This document shows, piece after piece, positions 35,974-44,828 of a stretch of DNA of 64,000 bases. Both the position numbers and the translations under genes were made by a program. Within the stretch, counting starts at the first letter, position 1, and each line of letters begins with the position of its first letter. This DNA is from Acidimicrobiales bacterium (GTDB taxonomy: Bacteria; Actinomycetota; Acidimicrobiia; Acidimicrobiales; RAAP-2), in contig DASZNG010000162.1 of the NCBI GenBank assembly GCA_035551535.1, positions 3,693-67,692 on the forward strand, read 5' to 3'. The notes beneath the pieces were generated by a model. That model ran no database searches, was not told the DNA's origin, and worked only from the letters and a program-made list of their open reading frames with translations.

Positions 35974-38127
35974 TCAGCCGGTCTGGGGATGGGTGGGAGT
36001 GGTCCCATTCGGGAGGAGCAGGTCGAAGCCGTCAGGAATGTTCAGGAGCCCCACCGATGTCCCCGCCTTGTCGGTCAAGCCGTACTGCCAGACGATGGCG
36101 TTGTACTTCGGGTCAATAATGACGACCCGGTTCCGGTAATCGTCATTGGCCATGATCAACCCGTTCGGAAGCTGTTCCGCCAGCGACGGCTTTTTGAGCA
36201 TCCCGCCACCGGCGGTCACATCGTACGTCCAGGTGATCTGCCCTTCCCGGGTGAAGGAGAGAATGCGTCCCTCGGCCGGTGGGTCGTAGTCGCACATCAA
36301 GTAGAGGTCGGCACCGAGTTGCTGAGGGTCGGATGGGTAGTTGACGCTGGGTAGGTGCAACGTCCAGACCAATTGGCCGGACGGCGTGTATTCGGTCACC
36401 CACGATCCATTGATCTCCGACACCAGGACGTTGCCGTCGGTCAGCGGTGTGTCGCCGTTCGGGTAGCCGATGCCGGTCGGTGGATTGTGGACCGCCACGC
36501 CATTGGTCCCGATCTGGCTGAGGACCGAGCCGGTCGGTGAGATGAACAGGATCCGATCATTCAAGGCGTCGGCCACCGTTATGGTGCCGTTCTTCAACAG
36601 GTAGGCATCGTCGGGTTGGTTGAGGTACCCCGGAGAACTCCCGGGGCTCCCCGGGTGGCCGTACTGAAACAGGATCTTCCCGGAGGGGAAGCCGATTTCG
36701 ACGATCGTATGGTTCTCTTCCTGATTCGAAATGATTCCGGTGCCATTGCGGAAGAAGAAGGCATCGTCGGGGAAGTAGAAGCCCCCGGGCGGAGGGGGCA
36801 TGGTGGCCGAGGGGTATTCCCACTGAAGGGTCCGAGCCGTGTCCATTACCAACAGCCGGTCGTTGCCCCGATCGGCGATCAGGAGACGCCCGGCATAGGG
36901 AGCCCCCGCCGATGGTCCGCCCACCGGGCCTCCATAGCGACTGGGACGGAGGAAGATGACCGTTTGCAGGGATCCTGACGGGATGCCGGCCTGGTCCGGT
37001 CCCGACTGGCTGGCGACTTCACCGCCGACCAGGTAACCCACCGCCGATGCCCCGGTCCCGATGGTGGCAAATCCGGCGAAGGCCACCGCCTGGGGAAGGA
37101 GCCCGGCGTCGTTCACCTTGGCGGTGGCGCTGTCGAACTCGTACAGCTGGGTCAGGGTCTGGCCGGCCGCGGTCTGGCCGCCGGCCACATACAGGTGGTT
37201 GTCGATCACGAAGGCGGCGGCACCGTACAGGGGTTGGGGGAGCTTTGCGACCACCTTGGCCGAATGAGTCGCCGGGTCGATCTCTTGGATGGCGTCGGTG
37301 GCGATGACCGCCGGGCTGGTTCCCCCGGTCTGACCACCGAAGGCGTAGATCTTGCCGTCGAGCGCCGCGGTCGCCGGGTATCGGACCGGCACCGGAAGCT
37401 TGGCCGCGTCGGCGAAGTGGGTCCCGTCGCGGGTCGCCAGCACGGTGGGCAGGTAATTGGTGCCGTCGTAGCCGCCGACGATGTAAAGGGTGGCGGAGGG
37501 ATGTGATCCGCCGGAAATGGTCGAGGCGACGGCGAGGTCGGACCGGGGCTGAGGGAGCTGGCCGGTGACCTGGCCGGCCGCTGACGCTGACGGCGTTGCC
37601 CCGGGCAGGGGGATGGACTGCACCGTGGCGAAGGTGTTCGGCGACCCACCCCCGAAGACAAATGAGGCTGTCCCCAGCGTCGCTCCCCCACCATCGTGAA
37701 CCACCGCCGGGAGGTTTCCCGAGGCCGTAAAGGCCCCGGTTGCCGGGTCGAGCGACGTCACGGTGCCGATCGAGCTTCCGGACGGGGTCAATCCCCCAAG
37801 AATTCGGAGTTGGCCGTGGTCGGTGGTGACAGTTTCTCGGGAAACGGGCGCAGCCAGCTGCCACGGCTCGCTGCCGGCCTCCAGCGACGGCGCGGCGTTT
37901 GATGATTTCGTCAGCCCGCCGGAGGTCGGGCCGGACGTCGACGTTGAAGAGCGAGAGGAGGTGGGGGAACCACCGCCTGGCAATGTCAAGAGGAGCACAC
38001 CGGCGACGAGTAGCAACGCCACCAAGGCCACCACCGACCGGCGCCTCCGAATTTGGGCACGGCGCTGCACTCGGGTTCGGGGCTGCATCCCCCTTTTGTA
38101 CATGATCCACTGACCCGCCGTGGGCAT
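35974..38127 (-). CDS. Membrane-anchored extracytoplasmic protein with Kelch-type repeats followed by NHL/beta-propeller-like repeats
   Basis: N-terminal Arg-rich segment plus TM (VVALVALLLVAGVLLL). Repeated LYIVGGYDG / KIYAFGGQT / HLYVAGGQT Kelch-like units. C-terminal repeated ..ADRGNDRLLVMD.., ..ADALNDRILFI.., ..DDYRNRVVIID.. units. Start uncertain (several Met within the first 14 codons). Confidence 0.75.
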   Translation of the reverse strand: MPTAGQWIMYKRGMQPRTRVQRRAQIRRRRSVVALVALLLVAGVLLLTLPGGGSPTSSRSSTSTSGPTSGGLTKSSNAAPSLEAGSEPWQLAAPVSRETVTTDHGQLRILGGLTPSGSSIGTVTSLDPATGAFTASGNLPAVVHDGGGATLGTASFVFGGGSPNTFATVQSIPLPGATPSASAAGQVTGQLPQPRSDLAVASTISGGSHPSATLYIVGGYDGTNYLPTVLATRDGTHFADAAKLPVPVRYPATAALDGKIYAFGGQTGGTSPAVIATDAIQEIDPATHSAKVVAKLPQPLYGAAAFVIDNHLYVAGGQTAAGQTLTQLYEFDSATAKVNDAGLLPQAVAFAGFATIGTGASAVGYLVGGEVASQSGPDQAGIPSGSLQTVIFLRPSRYGGPVGGPSAGAPYAGRLLIADRGNDRLLVMDTARTLQWEYPSATMPPPPGGFYFPDDAFFFRNGTGIISNQEENHTIVEIGFPSGKILFQYGHPGSPGSSPGYLNQPDDAYLLKNGTITVADALNDRILFISPTGSVLSQIGTNGVAVHNPPTGIGYPNGDTPLTDGNVLVSEINGSWVTEYTPSGQLVWTLHLPSVNYPSDPQQLGADLYLMCDYDPPAEGRILSFTREGQITWTYDVTAGGGMLKKPSLAEQLPNGLIMANDDYRNRVVIIDPKYNAIVWQYGLTDKAGTSVGLLNIPDGFDLLLPNGTTPTHPQTG

Positions 38128-38370
38128 GGATCGATGGCATGCGCACGGGCCGCCGATGCGTCTCGGGGCCAGGGATATGGTCCTCGACGAGTCTGATCGG
38201 GGGTCAGAAACTCACCGGCCGACCTGCTTAATCCCCAGGTCGGACGCGTAAATCATCCTTTAGGTGGATGCCATCGGACCGGGGATTGCCTACGCTGTGG
38301 TGCAATGCGGAAACTCGAATCGGTGTACACGCGCACCGTCATTCAACGCTCGGATCGCTAGGAGTACGCC

Positions 38371-38991
38371 GTGGAGCATTTTCTGGAAACGTGGGGATAC
38401 CTCGCTGTCTTCGTCCTCAGTTTCATCTCTTCGATGGGGCTCCCGGTGGGGGCCGAAGTGGCAATTATCTTCGGGGGCGTGCTCGCCAGCGGGCAGATCG
38501 CCAACGAGCCGCATCATCTGAACTTGGTTCTGGTCATCGTGGTGGCCACGCTGGCCGAGGTCCTCGGGTCCCTGGCCGGGTACCTGATCGGGTACTACGG
38601 CGGCCGACCTCTGGTGAACAAGCTCGGAAAGTACGTCCTCCTCACTCACCGGGATCTCGACCGGGCCGAGGCCTGGTTCGGTCGCCGCGGCGAGCCAGTG
38701 GTCCTCTTCGGTCGGTTCATCCCCCTCCTCCGATCGTTTGTCTCGTTTGCCGCGGGTCTGGGCGAGATGGCGATGGCGAAGTTTGTGACCTTCACGGTGA
38801 TCGGATGTGCCGTCTGGTGCACGATCCTCACCAGTATCGGGTACGGGCTCGGCAGCAGCTACCAGCGAGTGTTGAAGGACTTCAGTTACGCCGGCTACGT
38901 GGCCGGCATCCTGGTGGTGGTGGCGGTGGCCGTTCTCTTCGTCCATCGACTCCGGGTGGTACGCCTGGAGCGTGCCGAACAGCTCGGGTAA
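38371..38991 (+). CDS. DedA family membrane protein
   Basis: WGYLAVFVLSFISSMGLPVGAEV..., RFIPLLRSFVSFAAGLGEM are typical DedA/SNARE-associated blocks. Confidence 0.85.
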   Translation: MEHFLETWGYLAVFVLSFISSMGLPVGAEVAIIFGGVLASGQIANEPHHLNLVLVIVVATLAEVLGSLAGYLIGYYGGRPLVNKLGKYVLLTHRDLDRAEAWFGRRGEPVVLFGRFIPLLRSFVSFAAGLGEMAMAKFVTFTVIGCAVWCTILTSIGYGLGSSYQRVLKDFSYAGYVAGILVVVAVAVLFVHRLRVVRLERAEQLG

Positions 38992-39040
38992 TCGGGCTCC
39001 CCGCAGGTCCGGCGACTCGGACCCGCCGAACTCCCGGGCG

Positions 39041-39742
39041 TCACGACGACTTGACCGCGGTTCTCGCCGCTCCGGCCGGGCTCAGCTCGGCGGTGGACAC
39101 CGACGCCAACGAGACCCGCGGGCCGAGAACTTCGTCGACCAACCCATAGACCACCGCCTCGGGACCGCCGACGATGTAATCGCGCTCGGTGTCTTTGGCG
39201 ATGCGCTCGATGGGCTGGCCGCAGTGGCGGGCCAGGATCTCCTCCAGCCGACCGCGGAGATACCCGATCTCCCGGGCCTGGTTCTCGATATCGATGGACT
39301 GCCCCTGGGCCCCACCGTGGGGCTGATGAATGAGTATCCGGGCGTTGGGTAAGGCGAAGCGCTTGCCGTGGGCGCCTCCGGCCAGAAGCACCGCCGCCCC
39401 CGAGGCCGCCATCCCGACGCACATGGTCGAGACGTCGGGGTGAACGAACTGCATGGTGTCGTAGATGCCCAGGGTCGCGGTCACCGACCCACCCGGGGAA
39501 TTGATGTACAACGAGATGTCCTTGTCCGGATCCTCCGCCTCCAGGTGCAGGAGCTGGGCGACGAGCAGTCCGGCGCTGTCGTCGTTGATCTCGGTGTTCA
39601 ACATGACGATCCGGTCCTTCAAGAGGCGGGAATAGATGTCGAAGGCACGCTCACCCCGGGGCGATTGTTCGACGACTGTCGGCACCATGTAGCTGTTGAC
39701 CCGGTTCACTGTCGTTCTCCTCGCTGCCGTCCATTGGCCCAT
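39041..39742 (-). CDS. clpP: ATP-dependent Clp protease proteolytic subunit (stand-alone copy, ~28-aa C-terminal tail)
   Basis: [49 protein letters not shown] (Ser), ILIHQP (His), DTERDYIV (Asp). No clpX, tig or second clpP gene is adjacent. The start (ATG 39742) is uncertain. Confidence 0.85.
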   Translation of the reverse strand: MGQWTAARRTTVNRVNSYMVPTVVEQSPRGERAFDIYSRLLKDRIVMLNTEINDDSAGLLVAQLLHLEAEDPDKDISLYINSPGGSVTATLGIYDTMQFVHPDVSTMCVGMAASGAAVLLAGGAHGKRFALPNARILIHQPHGGAQGQSIDIENQAREIGYLRGRLEEILARHCGQPIERIAKDTERDYIVGGPEAVVYGLVDEVLGPRVSLASVSTAELSPAGAARTAVKSS

Positions 39743-39751
39743 CCGGGCTAC

Positions 39752-39809
39752 TGCAACCTCCAAGTTGCACATTACCGGCCGCGAGGAGGACGTGCAACTG
39801 TGGAGTTGC
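39752..39809. promoter_or_regulatory. Two copies of inverted repeat TGCAAC-N6-GTTGC(A/G) between clpP and the SRPBCC/ArsR operon (candidate operators)
   Basis: Site 1 is TGCAAC ctccaa GTTGCA (39752-39769, perfect). Site 2 is TGCAAC tgtgga GTTGCg (39793-39809), immediately followed by TATACT (39811-39816), a -10-like hexamer ~37 nt upstream of the SRPBCC GTG. Confidence 0.4.
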
Positions 39810-39852
39810 GTATACTGAGGGGACCCAGAAGACCGAGACCAGGAGGCCCATC

Positions 39853-40350
39853 GTGTTCCGTCGCCAGATCGCATTTCCCGTCGACGTCGACCGCCTGTGG
39901 GAACTCCTCACCGATCCTTCGTCGGTGGCCGGCTGGTTCGGTTCCACCGTCGACTGGGTCCTGGCACCGGGGGGTGAGATCCGATTCGGGGACGGCGACG
40001 ACGGGGTGCGTAACGGCCGGGTCGAATCAGTGGACCCGCCCCATCAGTTGCGCTTCCGGTGGTGGCCGGAGACCGGCGATACCGAGATCTCCGAAGTCAT
40101 CTACCACCTCGAAGCCATCGAGGACGGGACACAACTGACGATCACCGAGGAACCGCTGCGGAGCCGGCCCGGCCCGGCGACCGACCCGGTGCCGGGATCC
40201 GCGACCGATTCGATCGCCACCGATGGCGCCGATGTCCTGTCCTCCGACCCCGCCGGCCGTGATGAGCCCGGCGCCTGGTCGCCGTGGGATACCCGGCTGG
40301 CTGGCGTGTGGTGCAGTGCCACCGCGCCGGCGTTGCGGGTTACCGTCTGA
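39853..40350 (+). CDS. SRPBCC (AHSA1/START-like) domain protein
   Basis: [22 protein letters not shown]...HQLRFRWW...[22 protein letters not shown] lies 7 nt upstream of the GTG. Confidence 0.8.
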   Translation: MFRRQIAFPVDVDRLWELLTDPSSVAGWFGSTVDWVLAPGGEIRFGDGDDGVRNGRVESVDPPHQLRFRWWPETGDTEISEVIYHLEAIEDGTQLTITEEPLRSRPGPATDPVPGSATDSIATDGADVLSSDPAGRDEPGAWSPWDTRLAGVWCSATAPALRVTV

Positions 40351-40355
40351 CTCGG

Positions 40356-40673
40356 ATGGCGGACGAGGACGCGGTGTTCGCGGCGCTTGGCGACCCTACC
40401 CGACGTCGCATCCTCGACCGCCTGTCCGTCGACGGACCCATGACCGCCACCCAATTGGCGCCGGACTACCCGATGTCCCGCCAAGCCGTGGTCAAACATC
40501 TCGGGACCCTGGCCGACGCCGGTCTGCTGGTGCCGGAACGGGTCGGTCGAGACGTGCGGTACCGGGTGCGGGCCGAGGCGATGGGCGAAGCCGCCGATTG
40601 GCTGGCCGACATCAGCGCCCGGTGGGACCGGCGCCTCGCCGCCCTCGATCGGCAGGTTCGCAAAGGGCTGTGA
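40356..40673 (+). CDS. ArsR/SmtB family transcriptional regulator
   Basis: FAALGDPTRRRILDRLSVDGPMTATQLAPDYPMSRQAVVKHLGTLADAGLL. This is the usual partner of SRPBCC genes. Confidence 0.85.
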   Translation: MADEDAVFAALGDPTRRRILDRLSVDGPMTATQLAPDYPMSRQAVVKHLGTLADAGLLVPERVGRDVRYRVRAEAMGEAADWLADISARWDRRLAALDRQVRKGL

Positions 40674-40871
40674 GCACTCGATCGTCGGCGCGCGCCACGA
40701 CCGGAATGCGCGATCGCAGCCACCAATCTCCGACCACTGCGGGGTGCCGGCGAAATTGGGTTGCGGGCTGGCCTCCCGACCGCGCCCTCCCCGGGACCGG
40801 AATCGGGCGGGCTCGGCTGATATTCACCGGCCATTGCCGTGGGACCACCGCGGATCGGTAGGCTGGCTCGG

Positions 40872-41492
40872 GTGCCGTCGCCGCCACAGACCGCCCGCAG
40901 TGAGCGGACCCGGGAGGCCCTTCGCCGGGCCGCGCAGGTGCGGTTCCTGGCCCAGGGGGTCGAAGAGACTTCGGCGGAGGAGATCGCCCTGGACGCCGGA
41001 GTGACGCTGCGAACGTTCTACCGTCACTTCGCCTCGAAGCACGATCTGCTGTTCGAGGACTATGACGCCAGCCTGCAGTGGTTCCGGTCAGCTCTGGAGA
41101 CCCGCCCCGCCGAAGAGACCATCACCGAGGCGGTCCTCGCCGCCATCCAATCCTTCCCGTTCGATCGTGAGCAGGTGTACGAGATCGCCGCCCTTCGGGA
41201 TCGCCAGCTCGATCGCGAGCGAGTGGAGAGGCACATCAACCAGGTGCAGGCCGAGTTCGCCGTCGAGGTCGAGCGCCATCTGGTCCGCCGGGGCACCCCC
41301 GACGATGGCGACGCCAAGTTCCTCTCCTCGGTCGTAGCTCAGTGTGTCGCCGCCGCCACCTTCGCGGCCTTGGACACCTGGATGCGATCGGACCACGCCA
41401 ATCTGGACGAACTCGCCCGGCTGACCGAACTGGCGCTCACCCAGTTGGACGACGGCCTCGCCGCGCTCCCCAAGCCCCCGCTCCGATCCTAA
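40872..41492 (+). CDS. TetR/AcrR family transcriptional regulator
   Basis: RTREALRRAAQVRFLAQGVEETSAEEIALDAGVTLRTFYRHFASKHDLL HTH. Start uncertain (GTG 40872 or 40839). Confidence 0.8.
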   Translation: MPSPPQTARSERTREALRRAAQVRFLAQGVEETSAEEIALDAGVTLRTFYRHFASKHDLLFEDYDASLQWFRSALETRPAEETITEAVLAAIQSFPFDREQVYEIAALRDRQLDRERVERHINQVQAEFAVEVERHLVRRGTPDDGDAKFLSSVVAQCVAAATFAALDTWMRSDHANLDELARLTELALTQLDDGLAALPKPPLRS

Positions 41493-41506
41493 TGTCAAAT
41501 TAGACA
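41493..41506. promoter_or_regulatory. AT-rich palindrome TGTCAAATTAGACA (candidate TetR operator) between TetR stop and oxidoreductase start
   Basis: Shares 12 of 14 positions with TGTCAATTTTGACA at 43574-43587. Both are isolated AT-rich islands in GC-rich DNA. Confidence 0.4.
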
Positions 41507-41527
41507 AAACCTTCCCAGCTGGCTACC

Positions 41528-43105
41528 GTGACCCGGATGCCGGACTACGAGGCCATCGTCATCGGAGCTGGCCACAACGGCCTCACCGCGGCCACCGTCA
41601 TGGCCCGGGGCGGGATGCGGGTCCTGTGTCTGGAAAAGAACCACTTCATCGGCGGGATGGCCACCACCACCGAGCTCGCCCGGGGTTACCGGTTCGAGTT
41701 GGCCGGGTCGATCCAGTTCCCGATCCCCACCGAGATCTTCGACGATCTGGGCTTCGCCACCTGCCCCATCTACGAGCCGGAAATCCAGTCGGCCACCACC
41801 GGGGCATCGGGTGAGCCGCCGATCCTGCTCTACAGCGACCCGACCCGGCTGCTCGAGCATCTCAGCGACTCATTCGGCCTCGACGCCGTGCTCGGCATGG
41901 CCGAGGTCGCCGCCTGGGCGGAGGCGCCGGCGCGGGCCATCGGCCGGCTGGACGTGCGGAAGCCACCCAAGTCCCTCGACGAGATGTGGGCGTCCGCATC
42001 GAACGAGAATGAGCGCCAGGCGATCCGCACCGCCATGTTCGGCAGCGTGATGGATGTCGTCGACCGGTTCCTCCCCGATCGCCGGAAGCATGCGCAAATC
42101 CGCAGCATGCTGGCCTTTCTGGCCGTCAACTCCACCTATCTCGGCCCGTACTCGGCCGGGAGCGCGCTCTGCCTCGCCTTCGCCCTGGCATCGCCGGGCG
42201 ACGCCACCATGTCCAAGGTCCAAGGTGGCATCGGCACCATGTCCGACCACCTCCTGGGTCTGTTCGAGCAGTTCGGTGGCGAACTCCGCCGCCACGTGAA
42301 GGTCTCCAACATCGTCACCGCCGGCAACCGGGTGGAGGGGGTGGCCCTCACCGACGGGGAGGTGGTGACGGCTCCGGTGGTGGTGTCGAACCTCGACCCC
42401 ACCGCCACCTTCACCCAGTTGCTCGACCGGGACGGGTTGCCCGAGGCCTTCGCCCAGCGCATCGACGCCATCGACCATCGGGCGGCATATTTCCAGATCC
42501 ATTTCGCCCTCCGCGGGCTGCCCGAGTATGTCGGTCCCAACCAGGCGCTCAACGAGGGGGATCTCCGCCACAACGTGACGTTCTTCGGGACCCCCGAACA
42601 GATGCAGCGCGATTTCGAGCAATCGGTGCGCGGGTTGGTACCCGACTCACCCTCGTTCAATCTGTCAATCCCTTCGCTGCGCGACCCGGACCTGGCGCCA
42701 CCGGGAAAGCACGTGGCCAGCGGCTTCGCCTTCTACTCCCCCATCGGCACCACCCGGGCCAGCCAGGCTCGACTACGCGACGAAATGGCCGACCGCATTG
42801 TGGCGAAGATCACCAAAATGGCGCCCAACTTCCCAGACCTTGTCGAGCGCCAATTCAACTATCCCGCCTACACCTATGAACTGATGTTCGGCTGCACCGG
42901 CGGTGACTTCACCCACGGACTGCTGCAACCGGAGTTCATGGGCCCGTTCCGCCCCGGACCCCGGGGCTGGCCCGATGCTCCGATCCCCATCGAGGGCCTC
43001 TACCTCTGTGGAGCGGGTTGCCACGGCGGCCCGGGGGTCACGTTCATCCCCGGCTACAACTGCGGGTACGAAGTGCTCGATTCCACCGGCGCCGGCCGCC
43101 GGTAG
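41528..43105 (+). CDS. Phytoene-desaturase-family (CrtI-like) NAD(P)/FAD-dependent oxidoreductase
   Basis: YEAIVIGAGHNGLTAATVMARGGMRVLCLEKNHFIGGMA dinucleotide-binding motif. 525 aa. C-terminal GLYLCGAGCHGGPGV block. Confidence 0.85.
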   Translation: MTRMPDYEAIVIGAGHNGLTAATVMARGGMRVLCLEKNHFIGGMATTTELARGYRFELAGSIQFPIPTEIFDDLGFATCPIYEPEIQSATTGASGEPPILLYSDPTRLLEHLSDSFGLDAVLGMAEVAAWAEAPARAIGRLDVRKPPKSLDEMWASASNENERQAIRTAMFGSVMDVVDRFLPDRRKHAQIRSMLAFLAVNSTYLGPYSAGSALCLAFALASPGDATMSKVQGGIGTMSDHLLGLFEQFGGELRRHVKVSNIVTAGNRVEGVALTDGEVVTAPVVVSNLDPTATFTQLLDRDGLPEAFAQRIDAIDHRAAYFQIHFALRGLPEYVGPNQALNEGDLRHNVTFFGTPEQMQRDFEQSVRGLVPDSPSFNLSIPSLRDPDLAPPGKHVASGFAFYSPIGTTRASQARLRDEMADRIVAKITKMAPNFPDLVERQFNYPAYTYELMFGCTGGDFTHGLLQPEFMGPFRPGPRGWPDAPIPIEGLYLCGAGCHGGPGVTFIPGYNCGYEVLDSTGAGRR

Positions 43106-43530
43106 CGAATCTGTCGCTCGACACACGCCAGGTACACGGCCACCGAGAAGGCCAGGCTGGTGAAGAGGCTCATCACGAAGAAGATCCACGGGATCCGCAT
43201 TCCCCGCCTTCGTCCGTCAGTGATCGACCACAGCGGGAACAGGATGACGTTGACCATGATGTAGTCCTGGGCCGCGGAGTCTGACGCCCAGTTAGCGAAC
43301 AGCGCCTTGGTGTACCCCCCATAGGTCGCCTGGTGACCGTACTGGTGGACGTAACGGACATTGAAGTACCAGCCGAGACCCAGCGAGGCCAGACCGAAGA
43401 CGTAATAGAGACCCTCGAGCACCGATACCGGTCCGGCCCCACCCTTGACGAAGAGCCGACGATTGCCGACCACGGCGACGGCGGTACTGAGGATGCCGAG
43501 GATCCCGTAGAAGACGAGCGAAGTAGTCAT
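43054..43530 (-). CDS. DUF2834-like small integral membrane protein
   Basis: 158 aa with 4 hydrophobic helices. The 3' end overlaps the convergent oxidoreductase gene by 52 nt. The family name is only a recollection. Confidence 0.65.
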   Translation of the reverse strand: MTTSLVFYGILGILSTAVAVVGNRRLFVKGGAGPVSVLEGLYYVFGLASLGLGWYFNVRYVHQYGHQATYGGYTKALFANWASDSAAQDYIMVNVILFPLWSITDGRRRGMRIPWIFFVMSLFTSLAFSVAVYLACVERQIRYRRPAPVESSTSYPQL

Positions 43531-43573
43531 GCCCCTCCCGATTCGCCGGTCGATGGATGCAGCCCATCCTAAG

Positions 43574-43587
43574 TGTCAATTTTGACA
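43574..43587. promoter_or_regulatory. Palindrome TGTCAA-TT-TTGACA nested in a larger inverted repeat CCATCCT...AGGATGG (43564-43599), upstream of the DUF2834-like gene
   Basis: Read directly. Lies 44-57 nt upstream of the minus-strand ATG at 43530. Similar to the site at 41493-41506. Confidence 0.4.
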
Positions 43588-43803
43588 ATTCAAGGATGGT
43601 CAGCCCGGAGCCGGACGGCCGGGTCCGGTGAGGGCCCCGGGCCCCGGTGATCCGCCATTCTTCCGGGCGAAGGTAAATTTCCCATAATACCGACTTGATT
43701 AGTCAGCTATTGGCCCCTACCGTTGAGCCATGACGATTGGCAGGACTTCCCGGCACTGCAGTGTCCCCCGACGATTCCGGTCCGATACCTTCCGGGAGCC
43801 GGC

Positions 43804-44382
43804 ATGACGACCCTGCTCCTCCGACGCATCGAGCCTCCGGAGGCAACCGCCAACTCGCCATCGAACGTGACCGGGCCGTCCGCTCGCCTCCTGCATCCGG
43901 CGTCGGACCGGTCATTCCTGGAGGTCGCCGAACTCCGCGCCGTTGCCGAGGGATTGGCGGTCAGCGCCATCGCCTGGCCCGGGATGAACCACCCGACCCG
44001 ACGGGTCTGGGACATCATGGTGGCGTCAGACGCTTTCGAGGCCTGGGTGATCGCCTGGCCCCCGGGCGGGGCCATCGAGCTGCACGATCACGGTGAATCA
44101 TCGGGTGCCGTGGTGGTGGCGAGCGGAGAATTGACGGAGACGAAGGTGACCAGGGACTCGGACGGGTTGGTGCAGATGGAGACGACCGTGCTGCCGGCGG
44201 GGGCGGGGACGACTTTCGAGCCCCCGAACGTCCATGACCTCGTCAACGGTGGGACGGTCCCCGCCATCAGCGTCCATACCTATGCCCCCCGTCTCACCGC
44301 CATGACCCACTACGACATGGCCAACCGCCGACTGGTTCCCGGTCGCACCGTCCGCTACCGGCTCGGGGCGCCGATCCCATGA
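43804..44382 (+). CDS. Cysteine-dioxygenase-like cupin protein
   Basis: GGAIELHDHGESSGAVVVASGELTE...VHDLVN...ISVHTYAPRL is a cupin metal-site pattern (HxH...H). Start uncertain (ATG 43804 or TTG 43723). Confidence 0.65.
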   Translation: MTTLLLRRIEPPEATANSPSNVTGPSARLLHPASDRSFLEVAELRAVAEGLAVSAIAWPGMNHPTRRVWDIMVASDAFEAWVIAWPPGGAIELHDHGESSGAVVVASGELTETKVTRDSDGLVQMETTVLPAGAGTTFEPPNVHDLVNGGTVPAISVHTYAPRLTAMTHYDMANRRLVPGRTVRYRLGAPIP

Positions 44383-44783
44383 CGCCATCGACCACCGACC
44401 TCTTGGAGCAAGCCCGCCGGCGCATCCATCGAGTCGGGCCCCATGAGCTTGGCGGCATCGTGGCCGAGGGAGGCCTCATCGTCGACATCCGCCCCGCTGC
44501 CCAGCGCCGGGAGGAAGGCGCGTTTCCGGGTGCCGTGATCGTCGAGCGCAACGTGCTGGAATGGCGGTTCGACCCAACCGGCCCCCATCGCCTGCCCGAA
44601 GTCCGCGGTGCCAACCAGCCGGTGGTCATCATCTGCTCCGAGGGATACGCCTCGAGCTTGGCGGCGGCGTCGCTCGCCGATCTCGGCTACACCCGGGCGG
44701 GGGACCTGATCGGTGGCTACCGCGCCTGGCACGACTGGTTCGCGTCGGTCGGCCCAGCCGAACGCCGGATACCTTCGTCCTGA
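44379..44783 (+). CDS. Rhodanese-like sulfurtransferase domain protein
   Basis: The start overlaps the upstream stop (ATGA). Active-site loop VVIICSEGYAS. GGYRAWHDW. Confidence 0.85.
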   Translation: MTPSTTDLLEQARRRIHRVGPHELGGIVAEGGLIVDIRPAAQRREEGAFPGAVIVERNVLEWRFDPTGPHRLPEVRGANQPVVIICSEGYASSLAAASLADLGYTRAGDLIGGYRAWHDWFASVGPAERRIPSS

Positions 44784-44791
44784 CCGGCTGA

Positions 44792-44828
44792 GGTCGGATC
44801 GACGGCTCCCGGACAGCCGCCGCCGACC
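44792..44828. terminator. Two-tier GC-rich hairpin between convergent genes (candidate bidirectional terminator)
   Basis: GGTCGG..CGGCT-cccggac-AGCCG..CCGACC read directly. No U-tract, and the last base touches the epimerase stop codon. Confidence 0.3.
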
